Origin: Octopus vulgaris
Lineage: Eukaryota
Length of the DNA: 64,000 bases
NCBI GenBank assembly: GCA_951406725.2
Contig: OX597824.1
Coordinates: forward strand, 59,334,001 to 59,398,000
Direction of reading: 5' to 3'
The position numbers and the translations under genes are program-made. The notes beneath the pieces are model-generated. The model was not told where the DNA came from and did not search any database. It was given only the letters and a program-made list of their open reading frames with translations. Below are positions 39,749-53,630 of this stretch, piece by piece; within the stretch, counting starts at the first letter, position 1, and each line of letters starts with the position of its first letter.

Positions 39749-40166
39749 GTTTGTGTGTGTATATATGTATATATATATATATACATGTATTTGCAAACAC
39801 ACACACACACGCACACACGCACGCACATACACATATACACATAATTTTTCCTGTCACTCTTATATTAGTTTACTGTCGTTGTTGCTGTTGTTGCATTTTT
39901 TTCTGCTTGTCTAAACAAACACAGTTAACCTTTTCGTCAGCAGTCGCCATTTACCCTCTAGTATTTCTAAGCTGAAATGATAACAACAACAAGATGAACA
40001 ACAACAACATTGACAGAATAAAAAAATAACAAGCAATTTTTTTTTCCGAGAGACATTTCCCCTCCAATATTTTAAATAAATAAATAAATAAATAAATAAA
40101 GCAAAATATAAGAACAGCCACGACATCAACAGCAACTTGAAAAATACGAAAGCAGCACTAATAACG

Positions 40167-40223
<57 letters not shown>

Positions 40224-40231
40224 CCAAAAAC

Positions 40232-40390
40232 AACAAGGGGATGAGTCGATTACATCAACTCATAGTATTCAACTGGTACTTATTTTATCGACTCCGAAAG
40301 GATGAAAGTTAAAATCGACTTCGACGAAATTTGAACTCAGAACGTAAACATTTCATCCAACGTGCTAACGATTCTGCCAGCTCACCGCCT
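40232..40390 (-). mobile_element. tRNA-SINE family 3 (Meta-domain-like centre) with (TTA)n tail
   Basis: Reverse: ggcggtgagctggcagaatcgttagcacg...ctgagttcaaatt...ctttcatcctttcggagtcgataaaataagtaccag. Confidence 0.8.
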
Positions 40391-40454
<64 letters not shown>

Positions 40455-40559
40455 GCTACTACTACTACTACTACTACTACTAACAATAACAACAACAATG
40501 ACAATGATAATATTAATAATAATAATGATTTCTTTTATTTGCCCCTAGAGCGAAGGATG

Positions 40560-42840
40560 AGGAGGGCAATACAAAGACAGACATAACTTGTGGGTGTTTA
40601 GATATAATGGAATTATAAAAAGAAGCGTTATACATAGTAGACACGAAAAGAAGTGAAGTATGCATAGTATACAGCAATGATAAGAAGAAAAATGTGATAG
40701 TGATGGTGGTGTCCGCCTGATACAGGAAGACCTCTAGGGATAATCGAGAAGTCCCCACCATCCAAGATCATCCTGAATACCAAAGACAAATGCCCTTTCC
40801 AACTCCTTTCCTCCGACTCACAGGTCTACACTAAAAGCGGTACCATCCACTCCAGTCATTATCGCAAGCAATGATAAGAAGAAAAATGTGATAGTGATGG
40901 TGGTGTCCGCCTGATACAGGAAGACCTCTAGGGATAATCGAGAAGTCCCCACCATCCAAGATCATCCTGAATACCAAAGACAAATGCCTTTTCCAACTCC
41001 TTTCCTCCGACTCACAGGTCTACACTAAAAGCGGTACCATCCACTCCAGTCATTATCGCAACTTTCACCCACTTTTTCATAAATTCACTCGAGGACAGCA
41101 CATCCCTCTCCACCCTCACTTTCTTTTTCAAATGAAACTTGAAAAAGGGGATGAAGGCTCTACTCAAGAGGAATGTTTCTGTGCTCATTCCTTTCAGCCT
41201 CGTTCATCAGGCAACCTCTTTTGCCACAGCCACCAAGTAAAGAAAAACTGCCCTGCCAGCCCGGTTAAAGGAGGGCGGTAGGGAAATCACTATCAACTCG
41301 GACGACAGACGGATGTGTCCCACACGCGACAACAGCTGTTCGACATAACTCCACAAGTCAGCAATTACCGGACACTGAACTGTTTCGTTGCCTATTGTTG
41401 CTTGTTAACTAGTTCTCTGTTTAATCTCTTTCTTTCTATTGCTAACTCTTTGCTAAACTCTATTGATTCTGCTTTAACCGCCCTCTTCAGGTTGGTGACA
41501 ATTGCCCCCGTCACCTGCCGCTTAACTAGTTCGCTAATCCGGTTCCTGTAGTGTTTGCGCACCGGAAAAGACGCGTTCAGCTTCCAGTAACCGAGTACTA
41601 TATGAGCGTACTATCTAAATTGACTGTGCAGATCAAAAATTTGTGATCATTGTAGCCGACCCACTTGAATTGTGGACACCCTATGTTATCCTTATCTGCT
41701 GACCTAACAAATACTTTAACTAGATACGATCTGAATGACCCATTCTGATTGCTTCTTGTCTGCACTGGTACATCAGGGAAATTCAGTCGACACCTGTCAG
41801 ACAGCTGAAAATTTCTGAGCAGGTTTTCGAGGCTTTTACACCCACTTCTGTTATGTACAAGACCAACACAGTCCTTCTGAACATCCAAAATACTATTCCA
41901 TTCCCCCATTAGTACTAAAGTGCGCGACGTTCCCAGGAATGTTTCTAGACGTTTGAAGAAATCTTTCTACCCAGCTCGGCCACCACTCTAAAGGTACCAC
42001 TTTAACCGCTATTCACATCAGGAACCAATAAGCTACCGTCCGAGTTCAAAGAAAACTCCCCTTACTTTCAGACTTTAGAATTTTCAGAATCACACTGCTA
42101 CACCGCCAGCGCTCTCGACAGATCACAAGTCAATTCCTGGCAATTCTCGTCTTACTAATTGCTGTCCCATCTAAATTTAGAGACCTGAGACTGTCGAGCA
42201 GGTGACCCTGCTTCCAACAGGCCCCGAACATTTTACACAGCCAACTCTAAGTGTAACCATTTAACTTAGAGGAAAGAAAATGGAGTTACGCACCTTGGTC
42301 TTCAGGGTTGACTGTTGAGGGGGGAGGGGAAGGGTTTTTCTGAGAAGCTTTTTTGTGGGGGTACTTAGTAAACCTTCCAATGATCTGGGGGAATTTCTGT
42401 TTCAAATCAAAATACGTATCCGTTTCTGTTTGGATTAACATCTTGTCCGGTGGAATCTTCGGGAGTAGTTCCGCAAAACCTCCTCTCGTTGTAATGTTTT
42501 TGTTGTTACTACTTCCCCCACCAATTCAATGTTGCTCATCTGAACAACAGTGAAGCAGATGAAGGAAGTACTTACCCGAGAGTGTGACTGTTGGTCATTT
42601 TGTTTTTCGGGTGTTTCTTTTTGTTTTCGTGTTTTTGTGGTTGTGAATGTTTTTGTAAAATGGGTTTCTTGTGATGAAGATGTTGATATTGGTGTTGATT
42701 TGTTTTTAAATTGGTGTTGTAACAGAGTTTGCTTTTTACCGTCATGTCTTGGGGCCTTTAATTTGGGCCGGTCATCTATTATCCTCCACTCATCACAGGA
42801 CACTGGGTGTGTCTCGGCAAGTGATTGTAACAAACATGCA
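40560..42840 (-). mobile_element. L1/Tx1-clade LINE relic (ORF1 end, APE endonuclease, RT deleted, 3' end)
   Basis: Minus: ORF2 start MVTLRVGCV (~42260), GEWNSILD, DRCR..P, NDHK, GYWKLNAS; jumps to C-terminal/3' region without RT motifs. Confidence 0.8.
40673..41060. repeat. 194-bp near-perfect tandem duplication
   Basis: 40673-40866 vs 40867-41060; one substitution seen (tgccctttcc/tgccttttcc). Confidence 0.92.
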
Positions 42841-42847
42841 GATTAAA

Positions 42848-42892
<45 letters not shown>

Positions 42893-42893
<1 letters not shown>

Positions 42894-43097
42894 CCTTTCT
42901 ATTATAGGTCCACCTTTTGGGGCAGGGGGATAGTCGATTACATCGACCCCAGTAATTAAGTGGCACTTAATTTATCGACCCCAAAAAGATGAAAGGTAAA
43001 GTCAACCTCGGCGAAATTTGAACTCAGTACGTAGCGACGGGCGAAATACCGCTAAGCAGTTTGTCCAGCGTGTTAACGATTCTGCCAGCTCACCGGC
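42893..43097 (-). mobile_element. SINE family 3
   Basis: Same head/centre as 40232-40390; (AAT)n at its 3' side. Confidence 0.8.
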
Positions 43098-43344
43098 TTA
43101 ATAATAATAACAACTAGCTGAAAATATAAGCATCTGCAAATTGTGTACTGGTGCCATGAGAAATGTTTCTATATCGTGACAGTTATAGAATATAGAAAGA
43201 AGTGTAAATCTGAGAACTATATAATCCAACCAAAATATCCCAGTTACGCAAACGTAAACAGAATTAATATTTAGCCTTAAAATACCAAGTACATTTTCAA
43301 AGACCCTTCTTGGTTTAGTGGTACACAACACTCTTCTGGTATTC

Positions 43345-43477
43345 TTTTATTATTTTACTTGTTTTATTGATTTGATGGTGACCATGCTGGAGCACCACCC
43401 TTTTGTTGAGGAAATTGAATCCGAACAGCTAAGTTACGGGAACGCAAACACATCAACATCGGTTGTCAAGCAACGGT

Positions 43478-43516
<39 letters not shown>

Positions 43517-43592
43517 GACAGGCTTCTTTCAGTTTCTGTCTACTTAATTCGCTTACGAGACTTTGGTCGGCCTGAGACTATAGTAGAAGACG
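43345..43592 (-). mobile_element. SINE family 1 (partial)
   Basis: ccatgctggagcaccacc, cggttgtcaagc, ggcttctttcagtttc, ctttggtcggcctgagactatagtagaagac. Confidence 0.75.
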
Positions 43593-44111
43593 CTCTTTAA
43601 ATTATAGAGATGAATTTCGTGTAGCCACCTGTTGGCAACTTTTCTACTCCACCCATTTTGTAGTGGGTATTACCCATTTTTCTGGGCTCTTTTCACAGTT
43701 ATATCCCGTTCGAAATTTGCATAAGTTTTTACATGACAAAAAAAAAAAGGAAAGGAGGCGGGCTTGATTGTAGGTTGTAGAGAAAACGTTAAACGTACCT
43801 GGTAAAAAGAACCTGCCCCCCCCCCCCAACTAAAAGACATAAAGAACTAAGAAAGAAGGCAAAATAAGTACCGCGGGTGGGGGAAAGAAGAGACAGGTAA
43901 CATTCGATCGTTCTAGAATTCCAGAATAAAAACGTAAACACCTGAAAGACTTTCCCTCATTCATTACTAAATGTCTTTCCCTCTTCATTGTTAAAAGTAA
44001 AGAAGCTAGAAAAGATCGATTGTATTTCAGCCTAATAGCCATTGTAAATGACTACTGCTTACCTTTCTCTGTCTCTATCGCTTCACTCCTTTTCTCTACG
44101 GTTAAGAGAAT

Positions 44112-44280
44112 GAAGGTGCGTGCCTCAGTGGTTAGGAGTATTCGGCTTGCGACCGTAAAGTCATGAGTACGATTTCCTGCAGCGCGCTGTGTTCTTGAGC
44201 AAGGTACTCTACTTCACCTTGCTGCAGTCCAATCAGCTGGCAAAAATGAGTAATAGCTATAATTCAAAGGGGCCAGTATT
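44112..44280 (+). mobile_element. SINE family 2
   Basis: gaaggtgcgtgcctcagtggttagg head; gtgttcttgagcaagg...cagctggcaaaaatgagta. Confidence 0.75.
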
Positions 44281-44357
44281 GTAGTACAGGATGTTCGGTC
44301 TAAATTTGATGATTTTTATGCCTTTTTACCCCCTTTTCAGGAACAATTTGATGTATT

Positions 44358-44640
44358 TCTTGATCCGAACAGCCTGCCGATGAAATTAAAGTGCAAGTGG
44401 CTGAGCACTCCACTGATGCAAGTACTCTTAATGTAGGTCTCAGAGAGACTCAGCGTGACACAGACCTTGACGAGGCTGGTCCTTTGAAATTCAGATACTA
44501 CTGTTTTACCAGCTAAGTGGACTGGTGCAATGTGAAATGAAGTATCTTGCTCAAGAGGACAACGTGCCGCTGGATATCGAACTTACGACCTTGCGATCTT
44601 GAATCGAATACCCTAACCACTAAATCACGTGCCTTCACTC
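44358..44640 (-). mobile_element. SINE family 2 with 10-bp TSD
   Basis: ttgatgtatt at 44348-44357 and 44641-44650. Confidence 0.8.
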
Positions 44641-44741
44641 TTGATGTATTGGCGAACAGTCAATAGTATTGGTCTTAGTGATTAAAGTTTTAATTGAGAA
44701 AAAGTTATTTGATATCGAGAACTGGAAGCCATCTGAATATT

Positions 44742-44950
44742 CTTTTCTACTCTAGGCACAAGACCCGGAATTTTTGGGGAGGGAGCTAGTCAATTAGATC
44801 GACGCCAGTACGCAACTGGTACTTAATTTATCAATCCCGAAAGGATGAAAGGCAAAGTCGACGGAATATGGACTCAGAACCTAAAGACAGACGAAATGCC
44901 GCTAAGCATTTCGCCCCGCGTGCTAATGCTTCTGCCAGCACACCGCCTTA
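44742..44950 (-). mobile_element. SINE family 3 with 13-bp TSD
   Basis: ccatctgaatatt at 44729-44741 and 44956-44968. Confidence 0.85.
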
Positions 44951-46069
44951 ACAAACCATCTGAATATTGGAAAAGAGCTACTTTGTATCATGATGATTTG
45001 CAACAGGTTCCAAAATGCCAGCATCATAACTACTATTCAATGATCTGTGAACACTGTCAAGGCTGTAGGACGGACATGGACAGCTGCAGCGGCGCCTATT
45101 ATGCCGTAGTCAGTAGGAAGAGACAGCAGACATTCTGTCTGCGTCCACATGCTGGAATTCATCCATGCATCTTTGAACTGGACCTTAGTCTCAATTCAGA
45201 TGGCTATGTAAAGCTGTTGGTGACTGGTGAATCCCTGGATGGAGAGATTTGCTGCTGAAATACCATATGTGTGTACAACAGGATTCGATTCCTTGCCATA
45301 CCCCCGGAAAGAGTCAGAAGTAATTGTCAGAGAATTTCTACGAACTCACCAGCCCCAATTTCGAGACTCCTAAATGTCACGGTTGTAATCCCGTGGATTA
45401 CTATGCGTGGGGCGCGATTGAGAAAGTCTCCAACTGCTCTGCTTGCGACATAAAAAACGATCTGGTAGCCATAATCATAGGGATGTTCGAAGATATTCTT
45501 AGGGACCTAGTAAGGAACGCATGCACCAAGTTCTGGATCTGTCTTGAGGACTTGATGGAAGCTGAGGGTGGCTGCTTTGATTAAATTGTTATCTTCCAGC
45601 TATTATCTAGTGGATACTTCGATTTTTATAACATTTTTATCTTTAGACGGAATGTTGTGTTTACTTTTGCTTTTATGCAAACTGTTAAAAAGTTTAACCC
45701 AAACACTATGTCTGTGTTCTTATACTTAACGTTATTGAATAGTGAATGGATAGCGGCTAAACAATGACACTACCATTTACTGCAACTGACAGTGATATAT
45801 AGCAAAGTACTTTTGTCAATCCGGTGTTTATTTCAATTCTCTACGTAAAGAATAATAATTTAACTTTTCAACATCAAAATACTCGTCTCACCGGTTTGCA
45901 CCAATAAACATAAACACGCGCAGCGGTATAGGCAATGTGGTTCAGAAGCTCGTTTTGCAACCACGTTGTTTCGGGTTCAATCCTGCTGCACAGCAAGTTG
46001 AGCAAGTATCTTCTATTATAGCGCTAAGCTAACCATATATATATATATATATATTTACACACACATACA

Positions 46070-46107
<38 letters not shown>

Positions 46108-46420
46108 TGTGTGTATGTATGTGCATGTACCTACCAGCCCATTTAACTATCTACCTATCTATCTGTCTGTCTGTCTGTCTGTCTGTCTATTTGTCTGTTT
46201 ATCTCTCTCTCTTCAGCTCTCTTTCTCTCTAACTTGTGTTTAAGAAGCAGGAAACAACGGAAAGAGCTAACACAAAAAATTCTTTTTATCAGGTATCATT
46301 TAATCTGCTCTTTTAAAGCGATTTTTATATAATTCATAATTTTTAATTTAAGAATATATGTACTTTTCGTTTTTGGATTTGGTTTGCAAGATTCTGTATG
46401 TGAGTTCGTGTGTTGGGGCA

Positions 46421-46674
46421 TATACTGTTGTCTGGGGAGAGTCATTCTCTTTTAATGCCTTATAATTTAACACACTCACCAGTAATATTCGCACTTATTT
46501 CCTTCTTTATTTTTCTAAAGTTTTCGTTGTCTTGCAACCATTTCAATAGTTGAAATGGCTGCAAGACACAACGAAAATTTTAGAAAAATAAAGATGGAAA
46601 TAAGTAGAAATTTTACTGGTGAGTGTGTTAAATTATAAGGCATTAAAAGAGAATGACTCTCCCCAGACACAACA

Positions 46675-46679
<5 letters not shown>
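46421..46679. repeat. ~260-bp fold-back palindrome with 3-nt loop ending at (TA)n
   Basis: gtctggggagagtcattctcttttaatgcc...ttcaa-tag-ttgaa...ggcattaaaagagaatgactctccccagac. Confidence 0.92.
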
Positions 46680-46737
<58 letters not shown>

Positions 46738-46739
<2 letters not shown>

Positions 46740-46900
46740 CGCAGGAGTGACTGCGTGGTAAGTAGCTTGCTTACCAACCACATGGTCCTGGGTTCAGTCC
46801 CACTGCGTGGCACTTTGGGCAAGTGCCTTCAACTATAGCCTCGGGCCGACCAAAGCCTTGTGAGTGGATTTGATTGACGGAAACTGAAAGAAGCCCGTCG

Positions 46901-46966
<66 letters not shown>

Positions 46967-47100
46967 TATGTCTGTGTCTGTCCCCCCAACATCGCTTGAC
47001 AACCGATGCTGGTGTGTTTGCGTCCCCGTAATTTAGTGGTTCGGTAAAAGAGGACGATAGAATAAGTACTAGGCTTACAAAGAATATGTTGCTCGACTAA
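46738..47100 (+). mobile_element. SINE family 1, well preserved
   Basis: ggcgcaggagtgactgcgtggtaagtagc A box region, gggttcagtcc B box, internal (TA)(TG) tract. Confidence 0.88.
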
Positions 47101-48073
47101 CATTCAACAATATGAAGGTAAAGTGTATCAGGGTCTATCTTCTCGAAAATCTCCTTTCTTTTAAGGGTAGTAGAGTGTGATGCATGACTCATTTGGCTGC
47201 TATTTCTAACACGTCAATAGACATTGGAAAGGTAGATAGTCTTGTGCTAATGTTGTTGTTTAGTCCTAGCTAAAGGACACCGGGATCAAGCGGACACATC
47301 ATCAAAGTAATTTCTCAGCCGATACAGCTAGTACTGTATTGTTAGGTGAAGCGGCCACATAAAGGCTTCCCATCATCGGAGGTTTTCTTTATTTATATAT
47401 ATCTGATATTGTGGACAATACAAGATACTACCCTTGTAGGACAGAAGATCGCCCGCAAGGGCCACAGGGCTCATTTTCAACTAAATGTAGCGGTACAATG
47501 AGAAATGAAGCACTGTTCGGTCAGAGACTCGAACACATGACCTAACTGCCGGAACTTAATGACCGATCCACTACATCACGCATCTTCACATCAATAAAAT
47601 ACAGTATTGTTTATATTGCAAGATATAATTTAATATATGTGTGTGCATATGGCTCACTTTCTCTACATCAACATCTCACTTTCTCTTTCTCTCTCACGTT
47701 CTCTCTCCCTAACTCTCTCGCTCACCTCGTCTCTCTCTCTCTCTCACACACACACATTCTCGAATGGGTATAATACATCTCATGCCTCGTTGTATGCTTA
47801 AGAGCCTATCCCCTGGTCTTATTGCGTACATATTTAAGTGTGTATGCTTAAGTACCCCAAATATACTCAGTTTCCTATTCAACCAGCCATACATAGGTGT
47901 AGACATACATAAATAAATATCAGGCCTTTTCTTACCAAATACTTTAGCGTTGTTGCCGAATATTTTCTTGTTTTGTTTTATTCCAAAGAGTGGCTCCATC
48001 TGTCGCCTAAGGAATTGGTAAACACCCCCGCCTAAAACGAAGGAAGTACAACAAGAACAGCAACAACAACAAC

Positions 48074-48211
<138 letters not shown>

Positions 48212-48731
48212 CATGATGATGATGACGATGATGATGATAATAATAATAATAACATCAGTAACAATAATGATAAAAATAATAATAATAAATAGTAATAAAA
48301 TGTCGACGCCAGTGCTGTAAGTACGTCAACAAACAGCACTGTCTGAACGGTGCATCTACGTATTTGGACAGCTTCATTAGTCAGGCTTTCAATAATAACT
48401 ATAACTAACATACAATGGGAAAAAGTAACGCGAAAACTCCCATAGCAAAACATATACGCATATTAGCAAGCTGCCCCATATATATATGTATGTATGCATG
48501 TATGTATGTATGTATGTTTACATATATGTGTGTGTGTATACATACATACACACACATATATATATATAAAATAGTGGTACAACAAGGTACCAATGTTTGC
48601 TGGAAATAGCTGCCGATAACAGTGCGACGCTATGTAAAGCTTCACTGAATATGTACTGCTAAAGATGTGCGGGCAACGAATATAAAACATTTTCGTCGTA
48701 GAACACCGAATGGATGAATAACCTAGAGTGG

Positions 48732-48806
48732 ATACCAAATACTCGAGTTTCGGGCTTTCCTAATACGCCTGTAATCGTAAACTCGGTTAGTCCTCAGCAG
48801 CTGGAT
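48732..48806 (-). ncRNA. degenerate hammerhead motif with long stem II
   Basis: Minus: atccag-CTGCTGA-ggact...agccc-GAAA-ctcgag-TA-tttggtat (A6C substitution). Confidence 0.45.
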
Positions 48807-49094
48807 TCACCGAATACGAAATTTTCAAATATCCGTTACATCATTGTTCATATATTCGGTTGAACGCCAAGCCGTAAATAGAACCGAAATCAGTAAAAAC
48901 GTTTTATCTAAAAATTATAAAGATTATTGGAATACAATAGTATTATTTTCCAGCTAAATATAGCAGCGTAAATTTATGTGTGAATGATTGTACACAAATA
49001 CATACATACATACATACATACATACATACATACATACATACATACATACATACATACATACATACATACATACATTCATACATACATACATGAT

Positions 49095-49630
49095 ACATGG
49101 TGTCGTTGGCTAGGACAATATGGAATGCATTGTGGAAAACAAAAATAAAATCAAACAGAGAGAAATATTTTGAGACTGATAGTTCAAAGGAATACTGGTG
49201 GAACCTAAAAATAAAAATTGCCACCAAATCAAGACATAAACGGCCTGATATTGTTGTTTGGGACTTCACGTTAAAATCATGCTACCCACTTAATGTCAAT
49301 TGATTTACTTGTAAGAGACGGAAGATACCTACAGATCTTTGATGAAACTTTCTGGATTCAATATCCAAGATATGTGTTCGGCTTCATAACCGTTATTTTT
49401 GTAGCTACAGCTTATACACCAACCAGCCTGGAAGTTGGATTTGTGAAGAAAGGGCTTAACTTGTTAATTCATAAACCACAAATTGTCGCGATATCCGGAA
49501 CCTTCAAACTCTGCAAAACGTTCATACGACTGAAAGGATAAACGATGACAATTTCCTTCTCTTTGCAATCTTACAACCAGGAAGGTGGTCGATCAAAAAT
49601 TAAACTAAACATTTAGAGAGAGAGAGTGAG
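49095..49630 (+). mobile_element. R4/Dong-like RLE 3' fragment flanked by (CATA)n
   Basis: EYWWNLKIKIATKSRHKRPDIVVWD, IQYPRY.F.FI; 3' UTR resembles reverse of 7795-7860. Confidence 0.75.
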
Positions 49631-49849
49631 CATACATATATGCATGTGTGTTTTTTGGTATCGAGTCAAGATATTACCATAGCATTCCTGCCGTAGGGGC
49701 AGTGGAATATTTTAATCAATATTTCCATTCTTTCGCTCCCTCTCTCTCGCTCTCTCTATTTCCATCCTATCACTTCCTCGCTTTCCCCATTTCTCTCTCT
49801 TTCTCTCTATCTCTTTCTCTCTCTCTCTCCACAGCCAATGATCTAAACT

Positions 49850-50250
49850 AATCTGAGACTGACAGTTTGGTTCTGGTGCTCCTCCCACGTAACGCCATTA
49901 ATTCTTTGAATATATCTCATTTCCAAGTTGGCAATTTCATCTCTCTATGTGTTTAGCACGGTCCGTGTTTCACAGCCCTGTAACACAGTTTCAGGTATCG
50001 TAGATAGCATTAGTCTTAACTTATCTTTCGCGGCGATATTACTTTACTGATTGCTCTGTTACTATTGTAATTCACCATGGTTTCACGTACTTCATTTTCA
50101 TTCATCATGTAAGAGAGTGTCCACCGATTACATCTGAACGTCACTGGATTGCACTGCATCTATGTTGGCAAAATTATGGGTCTCCGATGCATATATGTAT
50201 TTCGGTAGCTCCCAGATACGGAAGGACTTTTTATTTTGTATGCCACCTAA
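49850..50250 (-). mobile_element. RTE-clade LINE RT-thumb remnant
   Basis: Minus: KLRLMLSTIPETVLQGCETRTV...IANLEMRYIQRINGVTWEEH (cf. RTE LYGCETWT..FEM..RRIL..W). Confidence 0.6.
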
Positions 50251-50546
50251 GCATTTTAGAAGCTGAATAGTTGTTGGTGAATGAAAAATTTTGAAACCCC
50301 GAAAAGGCTGGTCAATATCTGTGATGCAGTCCTGGTTGTGTTGAGAATGTGCTCTTCAATAGTATTTCTCACTGATGATGAGGCTTGGTATTTGAGGCGA
50401 CAAGGACTGTTGAGTTGTAGACATTTAGGACGTGTAGGAACGTCTATAACTCTTCAGATTTATAGTTTTCAATAGTAAATCTGGGTGCAAGACCCACAAG
50501 GAGTCAGAAATTGACAGTAGAGATACTGTGAGTTGTTATTAAGAGC

Positions 50547-50593
<47 letters not shown>

Positions 50594-50689
50594 CAACAAC
50601 AACAACAGCAACATCAACAACAACAATAATAATAAGAACAATAAATATAATAATAATAATAATAATAATAAGGCCTGCTATTGTATGCT

Positions 50690-52015
50690 GTTAGTGCAAA
50701 AAAGTTAACAAAAATGGACTTGAGAGTGCTCATGAATTCCGAACAAGAACAGCTAACGAGAAAAAAACCCTACTCCATATTGAATTACATGGTCAGTTCC
50801 ACCGTGAAGCCAAGAAATTAAAAGACGAGGAAGCATCATGGAGGTGGATCAACAAGGGTGCGACCCAGGACCAGGTATTGAATACCAATTCAGAGAAAAA
50901 TAATATATACCACACAAGTGCATCGGACCTCTGCAGAATGTGTGGGAAGAGAGTCGAAAGTGTGACTCACAATACTAGTGTTCGTGAAATTCTTGCGCAG
51001 AAAGAACAAGCGTAGACACGGCAAAGTAGCGCAAAACCTCGACTGGCTTCTATGCCGTAAGTATGGATATGAGGTTACGGGTTCTTGGTACCAATATACA
51101 CTGGAAAAGATAATGGACGAAAAGAGGAGGGCAAACACCCTCTGGGACTTTGATTTCCAGGCAGACAAAATATTAGAGCTCCGAAGGCAGGATATAGTAA
51201 CCTTTAAGAGGGACAAACAAGAGTGCCTAATAATAGAAAAGAAATACACAAAGCAAAATCTAAACAACGGCTGGGAAGCTCAGGACGCAAAGTAGAGACT
51301 GAAGGATTTTTTTAATTGCTGCACAAGATCACAGCCTTCCAACCCGAAATTACCAAAAACATGTGGAGATGGAAAACAAAAACGATAAATCGTATTGTCT
51401 TTGGCTGCCCAGTCCTGGCTAAGAAGGAATATATTCACAGACACGACAGAGTTGGGACCTATAAACACTGGAAGTTATGCCAAACCTATAGAATAACAGC
51501 AGAAAAAAGATGTTATACGCACAAACCAGAAAAGGTAACAGAAAATGAGAAAGCAACCTTACAATGAGATATGCAAATACACACAGATAGAGAAATTAAG
51601 GCCAATAGGCTGGTTATAGTTGTCAGAGATCACCAAGAAAAATGCTTTCTAATCGATGAATCAATACCAACAGATGACAATATTTCTCTAAAAGAAACGG
51701 AGAAACTTTCAAAATACAAATATCTGGAAATAGAGGTAACTCGAACGTGGAGTCTAAAAACAGAAACAATTCCTATCATAGTAGGTGCATTAGGCATGAT
51801 AAAAAGTATTCAGACAAATACATAACAAGAACACCAGGACTAACAAGTATATATAACACACAGAAACTAGTACTGTTAGACACCGCACACATCCTACGTA
51901 AAACACTTTCAATACAGTAAAGATAAGAGCATTACGACAAATCACAACAAACACCCAAGGCACACAGAACTACGCTTGATAGTGCAGTGGAAGCACGTGA
52001 TAAAGATACGACTAT

Positions 52016-52016
<1 letters not shown>
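50690..52016 (+). mobile_element. two abutting R4/Dong-like 3' fragments between (AAT)n tracts
   Basis: LHGQFHRE, CRMC, RRHGKVA, LWDF; then GCPVLAKKEYIHRHDRVG, MQIHTDREIKANR, IPIIVGALG; ends in (AAT)n. Confidence 0.85.
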
Positions 52017-52108
<92 letters not shown>

Positions 52109-52124
52109 GTAATAATAATAATGA

Positions 52125-52475
52125 TAGGGGACTAGTCGATTACATCGACACCCAGCGTTTTACTGGTACTTAATTTGTCGACCCGGAAAGGATGTAGGGC
52201 AAAGTCGATCCTGACGGAATTTGGACTCAGAACGTAGCGACGGGCGAAATACCTATTTCTTTACTACCCACAAGGGGCTAAACACAGGGAGGACAAACAA
52301 GGACAGACAAACGGATTAAGTCGATTATATCGACCCCAGTGCGTAACTGGTACTTATTTAATTGACCCTGGAAGGATGAAAGGCAAAGTCGACCTCGGAG
52401 GAATTTGAACTCAGAACGTAGCGGCAGACGAAATACCGTTAGGCATTTCGCCCGGCATGCTAAAGATTCTGCCAT
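52125..52475 (-). mobile_element. SINE family 3, duplicated central/3' domain
   Basis: Two copies of gtcgatta..tcgac..cag....aactggtactt...gaaaggatg..aggcaaagtcga under one head. Confidence 0.75.
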
Positions 52476-52729
52476 AAGCAGTGGCTCTCATGGCTTCTCA
52501 TCTTAACTGACTTGAAGTGTTATCATGTACATTGTTTTGTCTTGGTATAAAATACGGGCTACAACAAATATTCTGCTCAATGCCACAGATTTGCTTGTCA
52601 CTTGTTTGACCATAGTTATTTGCGTATGTCACTTAGTGGCTGACAATATGTGCATCTCCACGAGCAGAAGTAGTGGGGGAGCATCATAGCCATGTGTTAA
52701 GAGTAATTCTTTGAGGTTTGGGTAATTCA

Positions 52730-53060
52730 AATACTGTCAGATCATTGATGTAGCCATACCAAATGACATGATTATTGTGAGTAAAGAGGTTGAAAAAATC
52801 ACCTAGTATTCCGAATTGAAAGTAGAAATGGCAAGACTGTATGGAATGCGAGAGGTAATGTAAAAGTAATACCAGTGGTGATACTTCAAGACTTCTTAAG
52901 ACAACTGGAAATCCTATGCTAGATAGATGTCTTGCAAAAATCAGCCTTGTTGGGCACAGCGCACACCTTAAGGAAAGTATTATCTATCTGAGGTCCTTGT
53001 TATGACTTGACAGATGAGTAAAGACTCCGGTGCATTTTTACCTACACTGTGTTACAAAGG
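52730..53060 (+). mobile_element. R4/Dong-like 3' fragment ending in (AAT)n
   Basis: IIDVAIPND, VIPVV, LQKSALLGTAHTLRKVL. Confidence 0.75.
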
Positions 53061-53079
53061 AATAATAATAATAATAATG

Positions 53080-53630
<551 letters not shown>

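Larger units (their letters stand above)
44286..45710 (+). mobile_element. maT/DD37D-like mariner relic interrupted by two SINEs
   Basis: 5' TIR tacaggatgttcggtctaaatttga; CNPVDYYAWGAIEK...VRNACTKFWICLEDLMEAEGGCFD; colinear with 10670-11520. Confidence 0.8.

Noticed and set aside
46738-46810. tRNA gene
   Set aside because: A/B boxes are present but continue into a multi-copy SINE body; no complete cloverleaf was seen.
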